In this document: piece after piece, positions 11,836-21,033 of the stretch
How positions within the stretch are numbered: the stretch's first letter is position 1
Layout: every line of letters begins with the position of its first letter
NCBI GenBank assembly: GCA_958295515.1
Contig: CATQGW010000001.1
Coordinates: forward strand, 580,923-644,922
Length of the DNA: 64,000 nt
DNA from: an uncultured Dehalococcoidia bacterium
GTDB taxonomy: Bacteria; Chloroflexota; Dehalococcoidia; Bin125
Reading direction: 5' to 3'
Notes under the pieces: generated by a model
The model's database searches: none
What the model was told of the DNA's origin: nothing
Seen by the model: only the letters and a program-made list of their open reading frames with translations
Position numbers and translations under genes: made by a program

Positions 11836-13197
11836 ATGATGGACAGCATCACCCTCGAAAATTTCCGCTGCTTCCGCGAACGCCAAACCGCCAGGCTCGC
11901 CCCCCTGACCCTGCTAGTCGGCGAAAACAGCACCGGCAAAACCTCGTTCCTGGCGCTTATCCGAGCACTGGCAGCATTCGCATACACGCAACGCCCCCCC
12001 AACTTCAAGGAGCCGCCGTACGATTTGGGAAGCTTCGACGAAATCGCGCACTATCGCGGCGGCCGAGGTGGACGCGCTGAATCGTTCGAGGCGGCGTTCA
12101 CTGCGCGACAGCTTCGCCGCCGTCGGTCGCAATCGAAAGATTTCTACGAATTCGCCGTCACGTTCGCCGAACGCGGTACCGCGCCTGCTCCGGTCCGCCG
12201 GCGCATAGCTGTAGGCGACGCTTGGGTCGAGGACGCACTGGATGCCGTAAGCGGTTACTCAGTTCGGTTTGGGACCAAAAGAGGCGCATGGGTGGCGACC
12301 GACTCCAATGATCTGCGAACGCCGATCGATCTCGGTGAGCAGATGTACATGTACCTTGCTCTCGATCGGGCGTTGGACCTGGTACCTCTCGACTCACATA
12401 ACCAAGACAGCATCGAGATCAAGCCTGTCGACGGATCGCCAGCGATGAATAGCGACGATCTGACACTACTAGAGCCGATCAGATCATACATTATCCGGTT
12501 GGTTGGTCCCCGACCGTTCGCGAGCGCACCTGTGCGTTCCAAACCGGAACGTACTTATAACCCTGCGCGTCTTGACCGTGACCCTGATGGTGACTATGTG
12601 CCGATGTACCTCGCGGACCTCCGGTGGCAACAGAAAGAAGCATGGGACACGCTGAAGAGCCGCATTGACGAGTTCGGCCGTACAGCTGGCCTCTTCGACG
12701 AACTCTCTATACGCCCGCTGGGAACCAAAGCAAGCGAGCCTTTCCAGGTCCAAGTACGGAAGGGCGACGGAAGCTTGAAAGGCCCTCGTCGCAATCTGCT
12801 GGACGTTGGCTATGGTGTGAGTCAGGTACTGCCTATAGTGACAGAGCTGCTTCGGCCGGACGCCGCAGATCAACACCTGCTCCAACAACCAGAGGTCCAC
12901 CTCCACCCCAGCGCTCAAGCCGCCTTGGGCACGTTGTTCTGCCAAGTCGCCGCCTCCGGTCGGCAACTCATCGTCGAAACGCACAGCGATCACCTGATCG
13001 ACCGCGTGCGGATGGACGTGCGGGACAGAACCACCAGCCTCAAACCCGAAGATGTCTCGCTGCTCTACTTCGAGCGAACCGGCTTGGACGTCTGCATCCA
13101 CTCCCTCCGCTTCGACAAACTGGGCAACGTCCTCAACGCCCCGCCGGGCTATCGCCAGTTCTTCCTCAAAGAGGTCAACAGATCATTGGGCCTCTGA
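11836..13197 (+). CDS. ABC-type/AAA_21 ATPase with DUF3696-like C-terminus, putative defence sensor
   Basis: Walker A GENSTGKT, signature DVGYGVSQVLP, Walker B/D-loop LLQQPEVHLHP, H-loop ETHSDH; central part has non-host codon usage. Confidence 0.8.
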   Translation: MMDSITLENFRCFRERQTARLAPLTLLVGENSTGKTSFLALIRALAAFAYTQRPPNFKEPPYDLGSFDEIAHYRGGRGGRAESFEAAFTARQLRRRRSQSKDFYEFAVTFAERGTAPAPVRRRIAVGDAWVEDALDAVSGYSVRFGTKRGAWVATDSNDLRTPIDLGEQMYMYLALDRALDLVPLDSHNQDSIEIKPVDGSPAMNSDDLTLLEPIRSYIIRLVGPRPFASAPVRSKPERTYNPARLDRDPDGDYVPMYLADLRWQQKEAWDTLKSRIDEFGRTAGLFDELSIRPLGTKASEPFQVQVRKGDGSLKGPRRNLLDVGYGVSQVLPIVTELLRPDAADQHLLQQPEVHLHPSAQAALGTLFCQVAASGRQLIVETHSDHLIDRVRMDVRDRTTSLKPEDVSLLYFERTGLDVCIHSLRFDKLGNVLNAPPGYRQFFLKEVNRSLGL

Positions 13198-13200
13198 CGA

Positions 13201-13686
13201 ATGTGCGCCATCGTAGACGCCGATAGTTCGGGAGAGATTGCCGCTGTGAACCCGTCAGCTGGCGCTCAAGCGTTCAAAGAGTGGATTGCAGGTGGTCAGT
13301 GTTGCTTGGTCATCGGCGGCAGCCGCCTGCGAAAAGAGCTTGGACGCGGCTTCACCGATCCCGAGCGTGCGAAGCAGACGACCGTCACGGAATGGATTTC
13401 GGGAGTTGCGCTCGCCGGGAAGCTGATCAGCGAAGATGACGCCGAGGTCGACGCCCGCGCTGATCAGATCGAGCAATCGGGATTGTGCGCGTCGAACGAC
13501 TTTCACATCATCGCGCTCGCTCAGGTCGCCGGCGCGCGGATGCTGTATTCCAGAGATGCAGAGTTGCATCAGGACTTCACGAATACCGCGCTTCTGTCCC
13601 AACCTTCCGGCAAGGTGTATCCACGAAACTTGAGCCTGTCGGCGAGCAAGCAGTGGCTCGCCCGCAATCGCAGGTTCTACAGCTGA
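13201..13686 (+). CDS. PIN-like domain protein, putative RNase
   Basis: MCAIVDAD start, then SNDFHIIALA and LYSRD, matching the acidic pattern of PIN domains; 3 nt after the ATPase stop. Confidence 0.6.
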   Translation: MCAIVDADSSGEIAAVNPSAGAQAFKEWIAGGQCCLVIGGSRLRKELGRGFTDPERAKQTTVTEWISGVALAGKLISEDDAEVDARADQIEQSGLCASNDFHIIALAQVAGARMLYSRDAELHQDFTNTALLSQPSGKVYPRNLSLSASKQWLARNRRFYS

Positions 13687-15080
13687 CCGTCGCCGCCTAA
13701 CACCTCCGGACGCATCCGGCACCAATCCGTCGACTGCTCATACGCATGCGCCACCCGACACACCGTCGCCTCGTCGAAATGCCGACCACCGATCATCAAC
13801 CCAATCGGCAGACCATTCCGATCAAACCCGCACGGAATCGAAATCGCCGGAATCCCCGTCACATCATACGGAGCCGTCAGACGCGCCAACTCCGCGTCAT
13901 CGTCCCCCTCCTCGATCGTCGGCGCAGTGCGCGATGTCGTCGGCGACACCAACACATCCACCGTTTGCAGCACCTCCACCGTCTCATCGATGAACAGCCG
14001 ACGCAGCCGCTGATCATTGATGTAGTCCACCGCCGTCACCGCCAGCCCCGCCTCCACGCGCGGCAGAATATCGCCGTACTCCTCGCGCCGCTCACGCAGC
14101 CACTTCGCGTGATACGCCGCCGCCTCCGCGATAATCGTCATCCCCCGCCCGCGATCCGTCTGCAGCGGCAGCTCCACCTCCACGATCTCCGCACCCAGCC
14201 GCCGCAAATGATCCAGCGCCTCCTCGCAGTGCGACAGCACATCCTCCTCGCAGTTCTTCCACAGCATCTTGCGCGGAACCCCAACCCGCACGCCCTCAAC
14301 GCCTTCGCCCAGCATCCCCGTCGTATCGTCCACCGCCCGGTCCGCCGAGCCCGGATCGTGCGGATCGTAACCCGCGATCGTGTCCAGAAACAGCGCCGCA
14401 TCCTCCACCGTCCGCGCCAGCGGCCCCACGTGATCCAGCGTCCATGACAGCGGCAGCACCCCCGCCCGCGACACCCGCCCGTACGTTCCCATCAACCCCA
14501 CCACACCGCACAGCGACGCGGGAATCCGAATACTCCCGCCCGTATCGCTGCCAATCGCCCCCAGCGCCGAACCCACCGCCACCGCCGCCCCGCTGCCCCC
14601 GCTCGAACCGCCCGGCGAGCGCTCCGTATCCCACGGATTGCATACTGCCCCATAGTGCGGATTACGGCTCGTCGTGCCGAACGCAAACTCATGCAAGTTC
14701 AGCTTGCCCGGCAGCACCGCGCCCGCCTCTTGCAACTTCGTCCACACCGTCGCATCCCGCTCCGGCACCCGCTCGCGCAGAAATCCCGAACCCCCCGTCG
14801 TCGCGATCCCCGCCGTATCCACCAAGTCCTTCAGCCCAATCGGAATCCCGTGCAGCGGCCCTCGCTCGCGTCCATCGCGCAGCTCCTCATCCAGCCGCGC
14901 CGCCTGCTCCCGCGCCAACTCCGCCGTCACCGTGATGTAGGCGTTGAGCAGCGGCTCCGTCTCCTCCAGACGCTCCAGCACCGACTCCGTCAGCGCCGCG
15001 CAGGTCAGTGCGCCGCCCCGCAGCGCCGCACCCGCCTCCGCAATCGTCAGATCGTGCGGATGCCGTTCAAGCTCAGTCAT
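13677..15080 (-). CDS. Amidase-signature family protein (GatA/AtzE-like)
   Basis: GIPIGLKD (Lys), GGSSGGS, GSDTGGSIRIP (Ser-cisSer-Lys triad); start at ATG 15080. Confidence 0.9.
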   Translation of the reverse strand: MTELERHPHDLTIAEAGAALRGGALTCAALTESVLERLEETEPLLNAYITVTAELAREQAARLDEELRDGRERGPLHGIPIGLKDLVDTAGIATTGGSGFLRERVPERDATVWTKLQEAGAVLPGKLNLHEFAFGTTSRNPHYGAVCNPWDTERSPGGSSGGSGAAVAVGSALGAIGSDTGGSIRIPASLCGVVGLMGTYGRVSRAGVLPLSWTLDHVGPLARTVEDAALFLDTIAGYDPHDPGSADRAVDDTTGMLGEGVEGVRVGVPRKMLWKNCEEDVLSHCEEALDHLRRLGAEIVEVELPLQTDRGRGMTIIAEAAAYHAKWLRERREEYGDILPRVEAGLAVTAVDYINDQRLRRLFIDETVEVLQTVDVLVSPTTSRTAPTIEEGDDDAELARLTAPYDVTGIPAISIPCGFDRNGLPIGLMIGGRHFDEATVCRVAHAYEQSTDWCRMRPEVLGGDGQL

Positions 15081-15297
15081 CTGCGCCCCGCTCTCCGCGC
15101 GCCTCGCCCACATCGAAGCGCAGCCCGAACGCCGGCTCCGTCTCCCCCAAGTCGGGCAGCTCCGGGCGGTTCATCTCACTCCGCAGCGCCGCCGCCACGA
15201 CCGTCGCCGTTCGCTCCAGCTGCGCATATTTCGGCGACACCCCCAGCGCGTCCGCCGCCGCGCGCAGCGCATCCCGCAACGTATCCGTCTGAGCCAT
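15073..15297 (-). CDS. Small amidase partner protein (GatC/AtzG-like)
   Basis: 74 aa, overlaps the amidase start, ends with an EPAF-type motif; GAGGAG RBS. Confidence 0.55.
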   Translation of the reverse strand: MAQTDTLRDALRAAADALGVSPKYAQLERTATVVAAALRSEMNRPELPDLGETEPAFGLRFDVGEARGERGADD

Positions 15298-15392
15298 TGC
15301 CCCACTCCTCTCGCCGCGCGCCAATTCTAGAGAGTGCCGAGCAGCCGCACACGCGGGCTATCCTGCCATCAGACAGTTCCACCAGACAGTCC

Positions 15393-15410
15393 CGGCGGGC
15401 ATGCCCGCCG
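15393..15410. promoter_or_regulatory. Perfect 18-bp palindrome in a divergent intergenic region
   Basis: CGGCGGGCATGCCCGCCG, flanked by three AGACAG copies, between the amidase and enoyl-CoA hydratase operons. Confidence 0.4.
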
Positions 15411-15432
15411 AGACAGCCCGAAAGGCGAAACC

Positions 15433-16218
15433 ATGGCCGACGAAGTCCTCTTTGACGTCAACGAGCGGGTGGCCACCATCACCCTCAACCGCCCCGACAA
15501 ACTCAACGCCATTGACGCCGCGCTCGGCTCGCAGCTGATCGAGTCGCTCGTCGAAGTCCGCAACAACGACGACATCCGCGCCGCCGTGATCACCGGCGCC
15601 GGCCGCGCCTTCTGCGCTGGCGCCGACCTCACCCAGGGCGACGGCCCCGCCGCCTCCGCCGGACCCGCCGGACACTTCGAAACCTCGCAGCGCATCCGCT
15701 TCGACGAGTTCGACGCCAAAAAGCCCCTGATCGCCGCGATCAACGGACACGCCCTCGGCGGCGGCTTCGAAATCGCCCTGATCTGCGACCTGCGGATCGG
15801 CGCCGACAACGCCCGCGCGCGCCTCGGCCTGCCCGAAATCACCCTCGGCTTCTTCCCCCTCGCCGGCGGCCCCATGCGCCTCCCCCGCGCCATCCCCCAG
15901 GCCTACGCCAACGAAATGCTCTTCCTCGGACGCCGCCTCGACATGCAGACCGCCCTCCAGTGGGGCCTAATCTCCCGCCTCGTCCCGCCCGACGAGCTGC
16001 TCCCCACCGCCCAGGAAATGGCCGCCCAAATCGCCGGCTACGCCCCCATCGCCGTCCGCGCGCTCAAAGAACTCACCTACGCCCAGACCGACATGACGCT
16101 CGACCAGGCCAACCGCTTCGGCGCCTCCCTGCGCTGGATCGTCGGCCAAACCGCCGACTCCAAAGAAGGCCCCCGCGCCTTCGCCGAAGGTCGCCAACCC
16201 GAATTCAAAGGCGAGTAG
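15433..16218 (+). CDS. Enoyl-CoA hydratase/isomerase family
   Basis: TLNRPDKLNA, AFCAGADL, GHALGGGFE, LPE motifs. Confidence 0.92.
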   Translation: MADEVLFDVNERVATITLNRPDKLNAIDAALGSQLIESLVEVRNNDDIRAAVITGAGRAFCAGADLTQGDGPAASAGPAGHFETSQRIRFDEFDAKKPLIAAINGHALGGGFEIALICDLRIGADNARARLGLPEITLGFFPLAGGPMRLPRAIPQAYANEMLFLGRRLDMQTALQWGLISRLVPPDELLPTAQEMAAQIAGYAPIAVRALKELTYAQTDMTLDQANRFGASLRWIVGQTADSKEGPRAFAEGRQPEFKGE

Positions 16219-16222
16219 CGCA

Positions 16223-17413
16223 GTGCCCGCCGGCCTCCCCCTCAACGGCCTCTTCGTCCTCGACCTCACCCGCGCACGCGCCGGGCCCACCGCTACCCGC
16301 CAACTCGGCGACTGGGGCGCCGACGTGCTCAAAGTCGAAGCGCCCGCACCGCCCGGCTCCCCCGAAGGCGTCACCGGCGGACGCGAGTCCAGCGACTTCC
16401 TCAACCTGCACCGCAACAAACGCTCCCTCTCGCTCAACCTCAAAGAACCCGAAGCGCGCGACATCTTCCTCCGCCTCGCCGCCGACGCCGATGTCATCGT
16501 CGAAAACTACCGCCCCGACGTCAAATATCGGCTCGGCGTCGATTACGAAACCGTACGCGCAATCAACCCCCGCATCATCTACGGCAGCATCTCCGGCTTC
16601 GGGCAGGACGGACCATACGCAAAGCGCCCCGGCGTCGACCAGATCGCCCAGGGCTTGGGCGGCATCATGTCCGTCAACGGACTGCCCGGCGACGGCCCCG
16701 TGCGCGTCGGCATCCCCATCGCCGACCTCACCGCCGGCGGCTTCCTCGCCCAGGCCATCCTGCTCGCGCTCTACGAACGCGAACAGTCCGGCGAAGGCCA
16801 GTGGGTATACACCTCCCTGCTCGAAGCGCAGCTCGCCATGCTCGATCTACAGGCCACCCGCTGGCTGATCGACGGCGAAACACCCCCCCAGGCCGGCAAC
16901 GACCACCCCACCCTGATGCCCACCGGCGTCTACCAAACCGCCGACGGACACATCAACATCGCCGCCTCCGGCGGAGACATCTACGCCCGCCTCTGCCGCG
17001 CGCTCGACGCCCCCGAACTGATCGACCACCCCGACTACGCAACCTCCGCCCTGCGCTCCCGCAACCGCGCCGCGCTCAACGAAGAAATCGCCCGCCGCAC
17101 CCGCCGACGCTCCAGCGCCGAATGGATCGCCGCCCTCAACGACGCCGGCGTGCCCTGCGGACCGATCTACGACATCCCCGCCGCCTTCGCCGACCAACAG
17201 GTGCAACACCTCGCCATCGACCGCCCCGTCGCGCACCGCGAGCGCGGCGAAATCCGCGTCGTCGGCCAGCCCATCCACCTCCGGCGCACCCCGCAGCCCG
17301 AGCGCATGCGCCTGCCCACCCCACAACTCGGAGAACATACCGACGAAGTGCTCGCACAACTCGGTTACGACAACGACGCCATCGCCGACCTGCGCAAGCG
17401 CGGCGTAATCTGA
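16223..17413 (+). CDS. CoA-transferase family III (CaiB/BaiF)
   Basis: GADVLKVE, RNKRSLSLNLK, ENYRP, IADL (catalytic Asp), LGEHT. Confidence 0.92.
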   Translation: MPAGLPLNGLFVLDLTRARAGPTATRQLGDWGADVLKVEAPAPPGSPEGVTGGRESSDFLNLHRNKRSLSLNLKEPEARDIFLRLAADADVIVENYRPDVKYRLGVDYETVRAINPRIIYGSISGFGQDGPYAKRPGVDQIAQGLGGIMSVNGLPGDGPVRVGIPIADLTAGGFLAQAILLALYEREQSGEGQWVYTSLLEAQLAMLDLQATRWLIDGETPPQAGNDHPTLMPTGVYQTADGHINIAASGGDIYARLCRALDAPELIDHPDYATSALRSRNRAALNEEIARRTRRRSSAEWIAALNDAGVPCGPIYDIPAAFADQQVQHLAIDRPVAHRERGEIRVVGQPIHLRRTPQPERMRLPTPQLGEHTDEVLAQLGYDNDAIADLRKRGVI

Positions 17414-17423
17414 GGAGCATCGA

Positions 17424-18227
17424 ATGAACACCATCGAACTCGAAACCGAAAAAATGCTCGCCTGGAGCGAAGACGGCATCGGCTGGATGGTCTTCAACAA
17501 CCCCGAACGCCTCAACGCCATGGGCGTCGAAATGAACGCCGCCATCCCCACCATCCTGCACACCTTCCGCGACGACCCCGATGTGCGCGTCGTCGTCATG
17601 AAAGGCGCCGGCGAACGCGCCTTCGTCTCCGGCGCCGACATCTCCGAATTCGAATCGCGCCGCTCCGACCCTGAAACCATCAAACAGTACGACGAAATCG
17701 GCGCCGCCGCCGGTCGCGCCTACGGCGAACTCGACAAACCCCTGATCGCCATGATCCGCGGCTACTGCATGGGCGGCGGACTGCTCACCGCACTCCGCGC
17801 CGACCTCCGCATCGCCTCCGACAACTCCCAATTCGGCGTCCCCGCCGCACGCCTCGGCCTCGGCTACGGCTACGGCGGCGTCAAAACCCTCACCGACCTC
17901 GTCGGGCGCGCCGCCGCCCAGGAAATACTCATCACCGGCAAGCGCTTCCCCGCCGCCGACGCCATGCGCTGGGGCCTCGTCAACCGCGTCACCACCGTCG
18001 AAAACCTCGAAGCCGCCGTGCTCGAGCTCGCCGCCACCATCGCCGCCAACGCCCCCCTCACCATCCGCGCCATCCGCTACGCCATCGACCAGCTCGCCAA
18101 AGACCCCAATTCCCGCAACCTCCCCCACCTAGAAACTCTGGTCAACGCCTGCTTCAACAGCCAGGACTACAAAGAAGGCCGCACCGCCTTCATGCAAAAA
18201 CGCCCCCCCAACTTCACCGGCCGCTAG
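17424..18227 (+). CDS. Enoyl-CoA hydratase family
   Basis: AFVSGADISEF, GYCMGGG, EGRTAFMQKRPPNF. Confidence 0.9.
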   Translation: MNTIELETEKMLAWSEDGIGWMVFNNPERLNAMGVEMNAAIPTILHTFRDDPDVRVVVMKGAGERAFVSGADISEFESRRSDPETIKQYDEIGAAAGRAYGELDKPLIAMIRGYCMGGGLLTALRADLRIASDNSQFGVPAARLGLGYGYGGVKTLTDLVGRAAAQEILITGKRFPAADAMRWGLVNRVTTVENLEAAVLELAATIAANAPLTIRAIRYAIDQLAKDPNSRNLPHLETLVNACFNSQDYKEGRTAFMQKRPPNFTGR

Positions 18228-18238
18228 AGGACGATCTG

Positions 18239-20236
18239 ATGACTCACCCTCCGCAATGGCGATTCCGTAAAATGTCACCCGCCGAGATCAACCAGGATCC
18301 GGTGCAGGGAGAGTTCTTCACCTCCACGTCTGATCTCGCTGAGCGCCTTGTCCGAGAGTCGATACAAAACTCGCTCGACGCTGCTCTCGGCGATGGTCCG
18401 GTCCGAGTTCGGTTCGCCTTCAGCGGTGCGGAACAGGCTTTGCCCGCTGAGCAAGCCGCACGCTACCTCGATGGCTTGAAGGCGCATCTCGAGGCAGTCG
18501 CGTTGTCGGATGCCGACAAGCCGTCAGTAGATGTCGATCACGAAGACGCTGCGGTTTATGACGCCTACGACTTGGTCGACCAACGGGTGCCAATGACCTA
18601 TTTGGTCGTCGAAGACTTGGGAACAAAGGGACTGACCGGCGACATCAGGAGCAACACCGAGTTCGAGAAAGGAAACCGCTTTTGGGGGTTCTTCCGCAGT
18701 GTCGGCATCTCACCCAACGTCGGCGGGACAGGCGGCTCGTGGGGCCTCGGCAAGTGGGTCTTCCCCGATGTCTCGCAGATCAATGCCTATCTCGGCATCA
18801 CCCGCCGTTCGGATGAGCAACGTGACCTGCTCATGGGCATGGCGATCCTCAAGACGCACCAAATCGACAACAAGAAGTACCCTCCCTACGGTCAGTTCGC
18901 GATTCGCTCTGATGAACAGGACGCCCGCTGGCTTCCATTGCCGATCGACTCCGACGAGGATCCTGACAACATCCTCGACACTGCGATCGACGATTTCCGC
19001 CTCCAGCGGCGCGACAGCTCTGGACTCTCAGTGGTCATCCCTTGGCCAAAAGAAGAACTGAACGCCAACGCGACCGTTCGCGCTGTATTGACGCAGTACT
19101 TCCTGCCGATTGTGTACGGCGATCTTGAAGTCGAGGTCGTCGCCGACGGCGAGACACAGCGAGTTAATCGTGAGTCAATCGTCGATGCGGCGCTCTGTAT
19201 CGACATATCGGAGCGCGACGACGAGTCTGCTCAGTCTTTGGTCAAAGCGATCGACCTTGCGTGCTGGGCAAGAGGTGAGGACGAGGAATCGCTGATTGAC
19301 GTCAAAGCCACGACGAGCCGCGACATTCTGGCAGGACAGGACATCGAATCACTGAGAGAACGCTTCGATCGCGGCGACCGTCTCGGTTTTCGCTTGTCGA
19401 CGAACGTGACTGACCGGAAGACAGGCGAGCCCGTAGTCAACACTTTCCGCGTCTATGTCGAGCAGGACGAGGATTTGACCCACGGCCACGACTATTTCGT
19501 GCGCGGCTACCTCCGCATACCTCACATGGATCACATCGGCTCGTTCCGCGCGCGAGCACTCGTGCTGGTTGATCGAGAGTCGAAGCTGGGCGATCTGCTG
19601 CGGGATGCCGAAGGTCCGGCTCACGTCTCGTGGGATCCTCACGCCGAGCGTCTCAAGAAGCGTTGGATCGGTGGATACGAACGTGTCCAGCAAGTTCGTC
19701 GCGCTGCTCTGCTGTTGCTCGGACCGCTCGCCGAAGTGCCGCGTGAGCGCCTCAAAAACCTACTCGCCGACCTCTTTCCCGCACCGTTGGGCGGAGGCGG
19801 CAATGGCCCACACCCGCCACCACCGCCGCCACCACCGCCACCACCGCCACCTGTAGTCAATCCCATCTCCATCAGTGAACTGAAGGATGGGTTTCGTATA
19901 CGCTCTGATTCGTCGAACCCTGCATCGCAGGCACTCGCTGGCACGAGTTGGCGTGTCGCGTTCGCGTACGATGTAGCGCGCGGCGGGCAGCGTGCCGCTT
20001 TCAACAGCTTTCGACAGGGCGTGAAGCAGGGCTCGCCCGACTTCAGCCTTTTCCGAGGCGCGCTCAGTATCACGTGTGAGGGATGCCTATACAAGATCAG
20101 GTCGGAGAACGAAATTGAGATCACAGTCACGAGGAACGACTTCCATCTCGGCGTACGCGGTCTTGATGCACGGGACGTGATCGTTGACCTACACCAACGA
20201 TCCGACGACGACGACACAGAGGATGATGAAGAATGA
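18239..20236 (+). CDS. GHKL (HATPase_c/MORC-like) ATPase-domain protein
   Basis: Bergerat motifs RESIQNSLDA, EDLGTKGL, GGSWGLGK; poly-Pro linker; acidic tail; non-host codon usage. Confidence 0.75.
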   Translation: MTHPPQWRFRKMSPAEINQDPVQGEFFTSTSDLAERLVRESIQNSLDAALGDGPVRVRFAFSGAEQALPAEQAARYLDGLKAHLEAVALSDADKPSVDVDHEDAAVYDAYDLVDQRVPMTYLVVEDLGTKGLTGDIRSNTEFEKGNRFWGFFRSVGISPNVGGTGGSWGLGKWVFPDVSQINAYLGITRRSDEQRDLLMGMAILKTHQIDNKKYPPYGQFAIRSDEQDARWLPLPIDSDEDPDNILDTAIDDFRLQRRDSSGLSVVIPWPKEELNANATVRAVLTQYFLPIVYGDLEVEVVADGETQRVNRESIVDAALCIDISERDDESAQSLVKAIDLACWARGEDEESLIDVKATTSRDILAGQDIESLRERFDRGDRLGFRLSTNVTDRKTGEPVVNTFRVYVEQDEDLTHGHDYFVRGYLRIPHMDHIGSFRARALVLVDRESKLGDLLRDAEGPAHVSWDPHAERLKKRWIGGYERVQQVRRAALLLLGPLAEVPRERLKNLLADLFPAPLGGGGNGPHPPPPPPPPPPPPPVVNPISISELKDGFRIRSDSSNPASQALAGTSWRVAFAYDVARGGQRAAFNSFRQGVKQGSPDFSLFRGALSITCEGCLYKIRSENEIEITVTRNDFHLGVRGLDARDVIVDLHQRSDDDDTEDDEE

Positions 20237-21033
20237 TCCGTCGATTTAACCGCACGGGCCGTAGGACGATTGCGCGTCAGCATGCTCAGGTCACACTGCG
20301 CAAACTGAACCCCGAGCAGACTTACTTTGAAATCGCGCTTGATTTGAATTCCTATGGTTTTCCGAAGGACGCGAAGGTTCGCGTCGAAGCTTGGCGTTCG
20401 AATGCCGTACAGCGCTGGGAATTCGGGATCGTTGACGACATCAACCCGCCGACGCGAGGCAATCGCGTCCTGCGCGACGTGCCTGAGACCGCCGCATTCC
20501 GCGTTGCCATTGTGGCGCCAGACGATTCGGGTTTGCTGTTCGGCTTGAGTGGCGACCTTCGTCCACGGCGAGAACTGACCAACGACGGCTCAGAGCCGAT
20601 AGCCGAATCGCTGCTTCACGTCGAGATCGCTAGCGATCTCGGGCAAGAGGTGTGGCGTCTCGATTTCGGAGACGACGAGCTGCCGGTGCTCCAGCTCAAT
20701 GGCTCAATCTCGGGCATCGCGCAGATTGTGGAGCACGACCCGACGTTTCGGTCCCTCGTCATTCCGGAGATTTTCAGAAGCATCTTGCAGCGAGCAATTC
20801 TCGTTACCCGGATCGACCCAGATGATCCTGACTCGAACGCTTGGACCGACTGGCTTGCTTTGGCTAAGAAGCAAGCCCCAAAGGCAGATGTGCCCACACT
20901 GACAGATTTGGCGGACACCGGCGAGCGAGACGCGGCCTTTTCATGGATCGAGATGGTGGTTGGCCGATTCGCGGCTCAAAGGGGCTTTGATGCTGCCACG
21001 ACGTACAGTAAGGCTATGGAGGCAGGGCGATGA
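20233..21033 (+). CDS. Hypothetical protein, gene 2 of the GHKL cassette
   Basis: 266 aa ORF with ATGA overlaps at both ends; same atypical composition. Confidence 0.8.
   Translation: MIRRFNRTGRRTIARQHAQVTLRKLNPEQTYFEIALDLNSYGFPKDAKVRVEAWRSNAVQRWEFGIVDDINPPTRGNRVLRDVPETAAFRVAIVAPDDSGLLFGLSGDLRPRRELTNDGSEPIAESLLHVEIASDLGQEVWRLDFGDDELPVLQLNGSISGIAQIVEHDPTFRSLVIPEIFRSILQRAILVTRIDPDDPDSNAWTDWLALAKKQAPKADVPTLTDLADTGERDAAFSWIEMVVGRFAAQRGFDAATTYSKAMEAGR

Noticed and set aside
13677-15297. gatCA of the tRNA amidotransferase
   Set aside because: No gatB adjacent and the sequence looks like a general amidase; the YqeY gene at 44173 is not GatB.
19813-19853. CCACCG microsatellite as a phase-variation tract
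   Set aside because: An in-frame, imperfect repeat encoding the poly-Pro linker; unit changes would keep the frame.
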